This document shows positions 38,901 through 50,900 of a stretch of 64,000 nucleotides of DNA, one piece after another; the stretch's first letter is position 1, and every line of letters begins with the position of its first letter. A program made the position numbers and the translations under genes. The notes beneath the pieces were generated by a model. That model had not been told where the DNA came from, did not search any database, and was given only the letters and a program-made list of their open reading frames with translations. This DNA comes from Chiloscyllium plagiosum (taxonomy: Eukaryota), in NCBI RefSeq assembly GCF_004010195.1, contig NC_057758.1, positions 9,868,031-9,932,030 of the forward strand, written 5' to 3'.

Positions 38901-41900
38901 TTGTGCCTTGTATATGGTAGATAGACTTTGGGGTGTCAGGAGGTGAGTTACTTGCCGCAGTATTCCTAGTCTCTGACCTGCTGTTACAGCCACTGTGTTC
39001 ATGTAGTGTGTCCAGTTGAGTTTCTAGTCAATGGTAACTCCAAGGATGTTGACAGTAGTGGATTCAGTGATGGTAATAACGTTGAATGTCAAGGGATGGT
39101 GGTTTGAGTGTCGCATTGGTGATGGTCATTGCCTGGCATTTGTGTGGTGCGAATGTTACTTGCCAGTTGTCGGCCAAAGCCTGAATATTGTCCAGATCCT
39201 GTTGCACTTCAGCACAGACTGCTTCAGTATCTGAGGAGTCGCTGAACACTGTGCAATCCTCAGGGAACATCCCCACTTCTGATCTTCTGACAGAGGGCAG
39301 GTCATTGATGAAGCAGCTGAAGATTGTTAGGCCTAGGACACTATCCTGAAGGACTCCTGCAGAGATGCCCTGGAGTCGAGATGACTGACCCTCCACAACT
39401 ACAACCATCTTCCTTTGTGTCAGGTATGACTCTAACCAGTGAATGTTAGCCCGATACCCATTGGTTCCAGTTTTGCCAGGGCTCCTTGATGTCATACTCG
39501 GTCAAATATGGCCTTGATGTCAAGGGCTGTCACTCTCACCTCTGGGATTCAGCTCTTTTGTTCATGTTTGAACCAAGGCTGTAATGAGATCAGGAGTTGA
39601 GTGACCCTGGGGGATCCCAAACTGGGTGTCACTGAGCAGGTGCTACTTGATAGCACTGTTACTGAGCCCTTCCATCACTTTACTGATGATGGAGAGGAGA
39701 CTGAGTGGACGGTAATTGGCCGGGTTGGATTTGTCCTGCTTTTTGTGTACAGGACATACCTAAGCAATTTTCCACATTGTCGGGTAGATGCCAGTGTTGT
39801 AACTGGACTGGAAGAGCTTGGCTAGGGGAGCGGCAACTTCTGGAGCACACGTCTTTAGAGCTATTGTCGGAATATTATCAGGGTCCGTTGCCTTTACAAT
39901 ATGCAGTGCCTCCAGTCAGTTCTTGATATCACGTGGGGTGAATCGAATTGGCTGGAGACTGGTATCTGTGATGCTGGGGACCACTGAAGGAGCCCGAGAT
40001 GGATCATCCATTGGCACTTCTGACTGAAGATTATTGCTATTGCATCAGCCTTATCTTTTGCACTGATGTGCTGGGCTCCTCCATCACTGAGAATTGGGAT
40101 ATTTGTGGAGCTTCTTCCTCCAGTGAGTTGTTTAATTGTCCATCACGTTCCCGACTGGATGTGGAAGGACTGCAGAGCTTAAATCTGATGCGTTGGTTGA
40201 GGGATCGAAGAGCTCTGTCTATCACTTACTGTTTATGCCGTTTGGCATGCAAGTAGTCCTGGTTGGTAGCTTCAGCAGGTTGACACCTCATTTTCAGGTA
40301 TGCCTGATGCTGCTCCTGACATGCCCTCCTGCACTTTCTATTGAACCAGGGTTGATCCCCTGGCCTGATGGTTATGGTTGGGGGGGGGGATATGCCAGAC
40401 CATGAGGTTACAGATGATGCTGGAGTACAGTTCTGCTGCTGTTGATGGCCCACAGCACCTCATGGATGCTTAGTCTTGAGCTGCTAGATCGGTTCGAAGT
40501 TTGTCCCATTTAGCACAGTGACAGTGTCACACAACACGATGGAGGTTATTCTCAATGTGAAGATGGGACTTCGTCTGCACAAGGTGTGGTGGTTACTCTT
40601 ACCGACCGTCATGGACAGATATATCTGCAGCTGGCAGATTAGTAAGGATGAGGTCAAGTATGTTTTTTCCTCTCGTTGGTTCGTTCATCACCTGCTGCAG
40701 ACCCAGTCTAGCAGTTTTCTCCTTTAGGACTTGACCAGCTTGATCAGTGATGCTGCTGCCGAGCCACTCTTGGTGGTGGGACATTGAAATCCCCCACCCA
40801 GAGGACATGTTGCGCCCTAGTCATCCTCAGTGCTTCCTGCAAGTATTGTTCATCATGGAGGATAATGATTCATCAGCCGAAGGAGGACGGTACGTGGTAA
40901 CCAGTAAGAGGTTTCTTTGCCCATGTTTAACCTGAAGCCAAGAGACATCATGGGATCCAGAGTCGATGTCAAGGGCTCCCAGGACAACACCCTCCTGACT
41001 GTATCCCACTGTGCTGGCCCCTCTGGCCTGTGCTGCCGGTGGGACAGGACATATCCAGGGATGGTAATGGTAGTGTCTGGGATGTTATCTGTAAAGTATG
41101 ATTCCATGGATTCATGGTCATCAGCCGACCTTTAATTCCAGGTTTTTAAAAATTGAATTCAAATTCCATCATTTGCCCTGGTGGGATTCGAACCCAGGTC
41201 CCCAGAACATTATTCTGGGTTTTTGGATTAATAGTTGAGCGATAATACGACGAGGCCATCATCTCCCCTTCAGTGCTGTGCTGACAGAGCATCAGTGCTG
41301 AGGGAGCACCACACTGTTGGAGGGTCAGTGTTGAGAGAGCACCACACTCTCAGCAGGTCAGTGCTGAGGGAGTGCTGCATTGTTGGAGGGTCAGTGCTGA
41401 GGGAGTGTCGCACTGTCGGACAGTCAGTGCTGAGGGAGTGCTGCACTGTTGGACGGTCAGTGCTGAGGGAGCTCCGCACTGTCAGTGGGTCAGTGCTGAG
41501 GGAGTGCTGCACTGTTGGAGGGTCAGTGCTGAGGGAGTGCCGTACTGTTGGAGGGTCAGTGCTGAGGGAATGCTGCATTGTTGGAGGGTCAGTGCTGAGG
41601 GAGTGCTGCACTCTCGGAGAGTCAGTGCTAAGGGAGTGCTGCACTGTTGGACGGTCAGTGCTGAGGGAGAGTTGCACTGTCACAAGGTCAATACTAAGGG
41701 AATGCTGCCCTGACGGAGGGTCAGTGCTGAGGGAGTGGCGTGCTGTTGGAAGTTCAGTGCTGTGTTTATCAAAGTGTGCTATATAAATGCAAGTGTTTCT
41801 CCCTGTTTCAGGGGACAATGAGCAGGGGCCTGGCTGCCTGTTGGGATTGAGCAGTGAATTGGATTCACTGCTGGATGGGTTCCTGCTGCTACTGAGCCAA

Positions 41901-44900
41901 AGTGGGAAAGTAACCTTTACCGGAGAAAATGTCCATCGATACCTGGGACTGACACAGGTAAAGCAGGCCTGGGTAAGGTGAGGGCACGGTGTGGGTTCAT
42001 GGTATGGGGGAACAGTGTAGGGCGAAGGGAGAGGGGGCAATGTGAGGGAGGGTNNGGAATGTGAGGGGGAAGGGTGAGGGGGTACAATCAGGGGAAGGCT
42101 GTGGGAGAAAGACAGAGTGAGGGGCAGGACGAAGAGGCATGTTTAGGTGAGAATGGGATTAGTGAACCAGATGAATTTTATGAGAATTCATGACAGTTTG
42201 ATGGTCCCCATCACTGAGACGACTCTTAATCCCTGTGTCCCTGAGCATCAGTCTGGTCCTCAGGATGACTCCTGCAGTCCTACAGTAATGAGAGCCTGGG
42301 AGGGGTAGAGAATGGGGGGCTTGGGGGGAATTGGTGGTGAACTTGGGGGAGGCAATAGAGTGATAGAAGTTCTGGAAGAGCTATGGGGTTCAGATTAGGG
42401 ACATGTTTGGGACCAACAGAGGATAAGAGGCCGTGGGTATGGACTGGGGATGTGGAAGCAGATACGATGAATTTCAGATGGTGATACAAGTAAAAGGAAC
42501 TCATTATTCGGGATTCAGAAGGCATGGCTTTTCACTGTTATCAGAAGTTGGTGTAATTTAGGATTTGTCTGTTTCTGAAACAGCTGGAGCTGATGGGACA
42601 GAATATTTTTGATTTCGTTCATCCCTATGACCAGAGGGAACTTCAGGAAGCTCTGATGTTTAAACAAGGTGAGAATATTCTGGCAAACCCATTTAAAATG
42701 AGGTGCGCCACACTGTCAGAGAATCAGTACTTAGGGAGCACTGCACTATCAGACGGTCAATGCTTAGGAGTGCAGCACTGTCAGAGGCTCAGGGCTGAGG
42801 GAGTGCCACACTGTCACAGGGTCAGCACTTAGGGAGCACTGCACTGTCAGAGGGTCAGTGCTTAGGGAGTGCAGCACTGTCAGAGGGTCAATGCTTAGGG
42901 AGCACTGCTTGTCAGAGGGTCAGTGCTGAGGGAGTGCCACACTGTCACAGGGTCAGCACTTAGGGAGCACTGCACTGTCAGAAGGTCAGAGCTGAGGGAG
43001 TACCGCACTTAGGGACTGCAGCACTGTCAGAGGGGCAGTGCTGAGGGAGTGCCACACTGTCAGAGGATCAACGCTTAGGGAGTACCGCACTGTCAGAGGG
43101 TCAGTGCTTAGGGAGCACTGCACTGTTAGGCAATCAGTGCTTAGGGAGCACCACACTGTCAGAGTGTCAGTGTTTAGGGAGTGCAGCACTGTCAGAGGGT
43201 CAATGCTCAGCGAGCACTGCTTGTCAGAGGGTCAGCACTTAGGGAGTGCCGCACTGTCAGAGGGTCTGCACTTAGGGAACACCACACTGTCAGAGATCAA
43301 GCTGTGTCACCTTTCCTGCTGACTTGGAGACATAGTGCTGTACGTAATTCTCCTGAATATAACCTCAGAAGATCTGTTCCTCACTGTCCCCTGCACTAAC
43401 ACTATCCCGGTCCATATATAGGTACTTAATGTTTCCCATTATAATTACTCCATGGTTGTTACATCTCTGTCTGTAATAATCCTTTCAGATTTGTTCCTGT
43501 ACATCCTTCCCACTAGTTGTCCGTCTCTAGATTACACTGAGCAAATTAACTACATTCTTCTTATTCCCTAGCTCTAAGCAAATTGATTCTGTACTTGAAT
43601 CCTCGAAAACATCCTCTTCCTCGAGTACTCAACACTTTCCTTATCCAAAAACACCATTCCTCCTCCTTTCTCTTTACTAGCCCATCTTTCTGAGCACCTG
43701 GCGACCAGGAATATGAACTCCCAGACCAGTCTCTGCTATTGTCACAGCATCATAATCCCACAGGACAATCTGTGCCTGTAACTCCCCCATCTTTTCTGCA
43801 CTTTCATATGTATACAGTTGAACTCTGATGGAGGTTTCAAAACAAAAATCTGAATTAAGAATCTATTACTGATTGTTGAAAAAACCCATCTGGTTCACTA
43901 ATGTCCTTCAGGAAGGAAATTACCATCCTTCTCTGGTCTGGCCTACATGTGACTCCAGACCCCAGCAATTTGGTTGACTCTTAACTGTCCTCTAGGCAAT
44001 TAGGGATGAAAAATAAATATTGGCCTAGCCTGCATCACCCAAATTCCCGTAAATGAATAGAAAAAGGAAATTACTTTCTCCCTTACTCTGACTTTACCTA
44101 TTCACTTACTATTCTCTGTTCTAGTGTTATCATTTCATTTCTTGCTACCTGCTATTACTGTCTAATATTACTGCCCACTCCCATGGAAAGTTAATTTAAA
44201 CTCTCCTCAATGATACTAGCTAAATGCCGCATAAGGAACTCAGTCCCAATTCTTTACAGACACCATCTGTCCAGACTGTACAGGCACCATCTCCACCAGA
44301 ACCAGTCCCAGAAAAGAAATCCCTCCCATCTTTCCAGCTATAGCTTCTTCTGTCTTATCCTTCTATTCCTGTACTCACTTATTCCTGACACCAGGAGTCA
44401 TCTGGGGATTACTGCTTTAGAAGCTCCACTTGTCAATTTTCTACTTAGCTCCCTAAATTCCACATCCTCATTTCAACTTATGTTATTAATACCAATGTGG
44501 ACCACAATCTCCAACAGCTCACCCAGAATAGTGTCCTGTAGCCACTCAGTGACATCCGTGACTACAGAGACAATAACCCATCCTGAATTCATGTTGGCAA
44601 CCACTAATAGTCCTGACTGTTCCATATGTTTATAACTGAGCTAATAAATCAAAGTTTCCAGGAGTGCTGATCCAGAAAAACAGACTGTAAAATTAAATTT
44701 GTTCAATTTCTTGACTTCTGGGCTGCCTCTAGAAAATGAAGCTGAACATTGCCAGAATATGGTAATAACACAAGTAGCGTCATTCAGAGAGAAGGCAACT
44801 TGGCTGTGTCATTTACCCTTCCCCAACAGTACATAGTGAGCAATTCACCATAGGAATTTATCGGGGAGAAATTACCAGAAATTGTGACATAGAGTCATAG

Positions 44901-47900
44901 AGATGTACAGCATGGAAACAGACCCTTTGGTCAAACCCGTCCATGCCGACCACATATCCCAACCCAATCTAGTCCCACCTGCCAGCACCCAGCCCATATT
45001 CCTCCAAACCCTCCCTATTCATCCAAATGCCTCTTAAATGTTGCAATTGTACCAGCCTCCACCACTTCCTCTGGCAGCTCATTCCATACCCGTACCACCC
45101 TCTGTGTGAATAAGTTGCCCCTTAGGTTTCTTTTATATCTTTCCCCTCTCATCCTAAACCTATGCCCTCTAGTTCTGGACTCCCCAATCCCAGGGAAAAG
45201 ACTTTGCCTATTTATCCTATCCATGCCCCTCATAATTTTGTAAACCTCTATAAGGTCACCCCTCAGTCTCCAGGGAAAACAGCCCCAGCCTGTTCAGCCT
45301 CTCCCTATAGCTCAAATCCTCCAACCCTGGCAACATCCTTGTAAATCTTTTCTGAACCCTTTCAAGTTTCACAACATCTTTTGCAACATGACCCCCCAAC
45401 TCCTGTACTCAATATTCTGACCAATAAAGGAAAGCATACCAAATGCCTTCTTCACTATTCTATCTACCTGTGACTCCACTTTCAAAGAGCTATGAACCTG
45501 CACTCCAAGGTCTCTTTGTTCAGCAACACTCCTTAGGACCTTACCATTAAGTGTATGAGTCCTGCTAAGATTTGCTTTCCCAAAATGCAGTACCTCGCAT
45601 TTATCCGAATTAAACTCCATCTGCCACTTCTCAGCCCATTGGCCCATCTGGTCCAGATCCTGCTGTAATCTGAGGTAACCCTCTTCACTTACTGGTTTTG
45701 TGAAATGAATAGAGTGGCTAATCCACTATGTAGTCATTCACTTGAAAGATTATTTCAAAATCTGCCTTTTTTGCCCCAACAGTGGATGGTCAGAAAACTA
45801 ATCGGAGAGAATCACGTGATTTCTTCATTCGGGTCAAGTGCACTGTCACCAATGACAGCAAGATGGTGAATTTGAGATTAGCGTCTTGGAAGGTGCGAAC
45901 TGCAAAACTCGAGATCCAAAAAAGAAACAATGTATAGGGGCCCAAAAAGCATCAGGATATACAGCCACATTGTCTAACTCCATGGCACTATCTAGTATTC
46001 CCTCTGTTCTCACTCCCGTATGTGTACATGCTTACTGTGCAAGCCTCCCATAGTTGAATAGTCCATCACCATTTATATGATATTCGCTGCAGGGGAATTA
46101 AAGGTTGACAAGTTTCTTTAGCCCAAATATTCACTCACCTTCCCCAAGAAACAGATAAGTAAAATTTAGCTTGGGTTCTCAATTTCCAATGGTCCCTCTT
46201 TAATTCTGCCTCTCTCCCTCCTCTCTGCCTGTTTCTCTCCCTCCTCTCTGCCCCTCATTCTCCTCTTTGCCTGTCTCTCTGTTCCTCCTCTTTGCCTCTC
46301 ACCTTTCTGCTTCTCTCTCTTCCTCCTTTCTATCGCTGTTAATTTTCCTCCAGATCAATGACCAGTATCTCTCTCTCCACCATCAGCCCTCACCAGTTCC
46401 AAGCCTGCAGTTGTCAATACATTCACAGAAGTAATGGCCAGTTCAGAGGTTCAAAGGGGAAAGTCTAAGGTGGGATGAGACTCTTTTATTGTGGCAAGTC
46501 ATTTGGGGAAGGGCAGCAGTGGCAAAGAGAAGGTCATGGAAAGAGGGATTGGGAGAAGGGTTGGGAGGGAAGGAGACATCAGGAGCTGGCCAACAGCGGA
46601 TTGGGGGCAGAGGGCAGAAAGAGATCTGGAGCAGGGTCTCAGATGGGAACAGCAAGACAAGTGACAAGCAGAACTAGGCAATGTCAGGGGGAGAGGGGGT
46701 GTCATTATCTGGGTAGGGGAGAGCTGGGGAGAGGCCAAAAGAGATCAAAGGAGATGATTGCTGGTCAGAGGAGCTAGAAAGGAAGATGCTGAGGTTGTGG
46801 CAGCTGGGCAGGGGGAGCTGGGGAGATTTAATCAGGAAGCTAGATGAATTCCTGTGCTTTCCTTTTCTATTTCAGGTGCTGCACTGCAGTGGGTTTTTCT
46901 GGACTCCCCAGGGTAACAGGCGTGTGGATACCAGACCCTATCTGATCCTTATCTGTGATCCCATTCCCTTCCCTCTCAATCTCGAGCCATCAGCAAAAGG
47001 TCAAAGTTTCCTCACCTATCACAGCTTGGACATGAAATTCATCTACTGTGATAGCAGGTCAGTCTCAGTTCAGCACCAACAATGGCTTTACAACATACTT
47101 GCTCTGAACCCTCAATACCTCTAACTCTGGATGTAGGTTTGCTCACTGAGCTGGAAGGTTCATTTCAGACATTTTGTCACCATACTAAGTAACATCATCA
47201 GTGAGCCTCTGGATGAAGCATTGGTGGTGTAGCCCACTTTCTATTTATATGTTTAGGTTTCCATGGGTTGGTGATGTCATTTCCTGTGATGTAATTTCCT
47301 GTTCTTTTTCTCAGGGGGTTAGTTGATGGGATCTAACTCGATGTGTTTGTTGATAGAGTTCCAGTTGGAATGCCATGCTTCTAGGAATTCTCATGCATGT
47401 CTCCGTTTGGCTTGTCCTAAGATGCATGTGTTGTCCCAGTCAAAGAGGTGTCCTTCCTCATCCATATGTAAGGAGAGAGGGTCATGTCATTTTGTGGCTA
47501 GTTGATGTTCATGTATCCTGGTGGCTAGTTTTCTGCCTGTTTGTCCAATGTAGTGTTCGTTACAGTTCTTGCAAGGTATTTTGTAAATGATATTAGTTTT
47601 GTTTGTTGTCTGTCTGAAAACAAACCTTCCAGCTCAGCGAGCAACCTACATCTAGAACCTCAATTTGAGCTACAAATCTCAAAAACTCGCTAACCTCTAA
47701 CTCTCGATTGAACTGCACTTGCTCACCCCTGAATTTCCCAAACCTCCTCAGAAACCCCTCTGATTCACTTCCCCTCAAACTCGCAGTTACTTTTTATTAA
47801 TTCATAGCTTGTGGACATCGCTGGCTGGGCCTGCATTTATTGGCCGTCTTTGAGAAGGTGGTGGTGAGCTGCCTTCTCAAACCACTACAGCCCATGGTTT

Positions 47901-50900
47901 TGCCATGTATCTGTTGTCTATGTCAGTCTAGATTGAAGTGGTTGCAGGTTCGAAATGTGCCAACTTTAATGAGTCATTGTGGTGAATCTTGTAGATGGTA
48001 CTCACTGCTCCCCATGTGTTTTGGTAGTGGAGAGGGTGGATGTTGAAGGCAGTGGATGAGGTAACAATAAGGATTGCATTATTCTGGATGGTGTTATCTT
48101 CCTTCAGTATTGTTGAAGCTGGTGTCATTCAATAATCCAGGAGTCTTAGTGAGTTGCTGCAATGTGTTTCTGGTCAATGGTAACCCCCCCAGGATGCTGA
48201 TCATGGGGTTACCAGTGACTGTAATGCTGTTGAATACCAAGGGGAGATGCTAACATTCCTTTTATTGGAGATGGTCACTGCCTCTGCCTCACACTGAGGT
48301 TGCACATATGTTACATTCCACTTATCAAAGCAAGCCTGGGGGTGGTTCAGATCTTTCTGTATGGGCTCTGAATCTCCCTCTGTACAGGTGTGGCTATGTA
48401 TGTCTATAAAAGCCTCTCCCTCTCCTCCTTCTCCCTTTGTCCCCTTCTCTCTACATCTCAAATACTGTTTCGGTGGTAGCAGGATATTTTGATCATGAAC
48501 TCTGGGTCACTGAGATTCCACTCCACTGGCTTAAATGCTGATGTCAATCAACAGATTCTGCTGTTTTGTCACAGAGTTAAAGATCTGATCGGCTTTGATG
48601 CAGACCAACTGGTCGGCCACTCCATCTACAGCTTCATTCACACATTTGACCTGAGTCACATCTGGAAAAGGCACTTCAGCTGTAAGTAAATCACTACCAT
48701 ATTAACACTGAATAAGCTTCTGATGGACAATCACTAATCCTCCATTTGTACAGCTGAAGGTAGTTTCAGAATGAGACAGTAAGAAATGGCAAGTTTAAAA
48801 AAATAGAAAATTGCCAAAAAGGAAGCTCTGTTGATCATCTGGAGTGTTGGAGTGATGGGTTTGTGATTTTAAAAATGTTTTTACAGGGCTGTATTGGTGC
48901 AGTGGTAATGTTCCTATCTCTGAGCCAGAGAGCTTGGTTCAAGTCCCACCTGTTACAGAGGTGTGTAATAACATGTCTAAGAACAAGTTGACTCAAAAAT
49001 ATCTAGAAAATGGAAAGCCCCAAACATGTGGTGAGCTCAGAACTGAGGCTCAGAGCAGTGTCTGGGATTATAGAGTGATGTGATTGTCCCCTCCTCCAGT
49101 GAGTTATTTAATTGTCCACTGCCATTCACGACTGGATGTCGCAGGACTGCAAGCCTTAGTTCTGATCCATTGGTTGTGGTATTGGCTAGCTCTGAATTTC
49201 ACTTGTTGCTTATGCTGTTTGGTACACAAACAGTCCTGGTTGGTAGCTTCACCAAGTTGACATCTCATTTTTCGGTATGCCTGGTGCTGCTCCTGGCGTG
49301 CTGACCAGCACTCATCATTGATCCAGGGTTGATCCCCTGGCTCGAAGGTATTGGTTGAATGGGGAAATGCCAGGCCATGAGATTGCAGATTGTGTTGAAG
49401 TATAATTCTGCTGCTGTTGATGGCCCACAGTGCCTCGTGGATCTCCAGCCTTGAATTGCTGGATCTGTATAAAGTCTGCTCCATTTAGCATGGTGATATT
49501 GCTACACATGATGGAGGGTATTCTTAATGCAAAGACAGGACTTCCTTACCACAAATACTGTGTGGTGGTCACTTACCAATGCTGTTATGGCTAGACACTA
49601 ATTTGCCTGCTGCAGATGTAAGGATGAGGTCAAGTATGCTTTTCCCTTTTGTTGGTTCCTTCATCACCTGCTGTAGACATCTAGTAGCTATGTCTTTAGG
49701 ACCAGACCAGCTTGATCAGTTGTGCCAAGCCACTTTTGGTGAAATGCCCCGCCCAGAGGACATTTGGGTCCTTTGCCACTCTCAGTGCTTCCTCCAAGTG
49801 CTGTTCAACATGAAGGAGTACTTTGTCATCAGCTGAGGGAGGATGGTACGTGGTAATCCACAGGAGGTTTCCCTGCCCATGTTTAATCTGAAGCCATGAG
49901 AATTCATGGGGCTCGGAGTCAATATTGGGGCAACTCCCTCCCAGCTGTATACCACTGTGCTACCACTTCCTGCCAGTGTGACACAACATACCCAAGATTG
50001 TTAATGGTGTTGTCTGGGAATTGCCTCTAAAGTTTGATTCCGTATGACTATGTCAGGCTGCTGCTTGACTAGTCTGTCAGACAGCTATCCCAATGTTGGC
50101 ACTAGCCCCCAGCTGATAGTCAGGAATATTTTGCAGGGTCAACAGGACTCTGTTTGCCTTTGCAAATTCTGGTGCCTAGGTCAATGCCAGCTGGTCCAAG
50201 TGGTTTCATTTCTTTGAGACGTTTTAGCAAATGGTACAACTGAGTGTCTTGCTCAACCATTTCAGACTGCAGTTCAGAGTCAACCACATTGTTGTGGGTC
50301 AGAAGTTGTATTTAGGCTGTATAGGTAAGGAATTGATGATGGTTTTTTGGTCATCATTAGACTTTTAATTCTGGATTTTTAAAATGCAAATTCTACCATC
50401 TGCTATGGTCAGGATAGAAACTGTGTTCCCACAGCATTTTCGGGGTTTCTGGATTACTAGTCCAGAGATAATATGCCATCAATTTCCTTGAACTTTGCCC
50501 AACCATCAGCGAGCATCGTCATTTCTGACCTTATGAAGATAGGAGGGTTGCTGATGAAGAACTGAAGATGGTTGGGCCTAGCACACTACTCAACAAACTG
50601 CAGTGATATCCATGGACTGAGTTGACTGACCTCTAACAACCATCTTCCCTTGTGCCTGCTTAATATTCCAATCAGCAGAAAGTTTTCCCCTTGGTTCTCA
50701 CTGACTCCTGTTGTGCTAGAGTTTATTTATGCCACACTTGGTTAAATGCTGCCTTGATGCTTACAGTTTTCCTTTGGAGTTCAGCTCTTCTGTCCACGTT
50801 TTGACCAAAGCTGTAATGAATGGAGTGTCCCTGACAGAATCCAAACTAGGTATCAGTGAGCAGGTTATTGCTGAGCAAGTATCACATTCTATCACTTTGC

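Noticed and set aside
48893..48960. tRNA gene candidates (also ~41180-41200 and ~53690-53746)
   Set aside because: A/B boxes only, with no complete cloverleaf; these are SINE heads.
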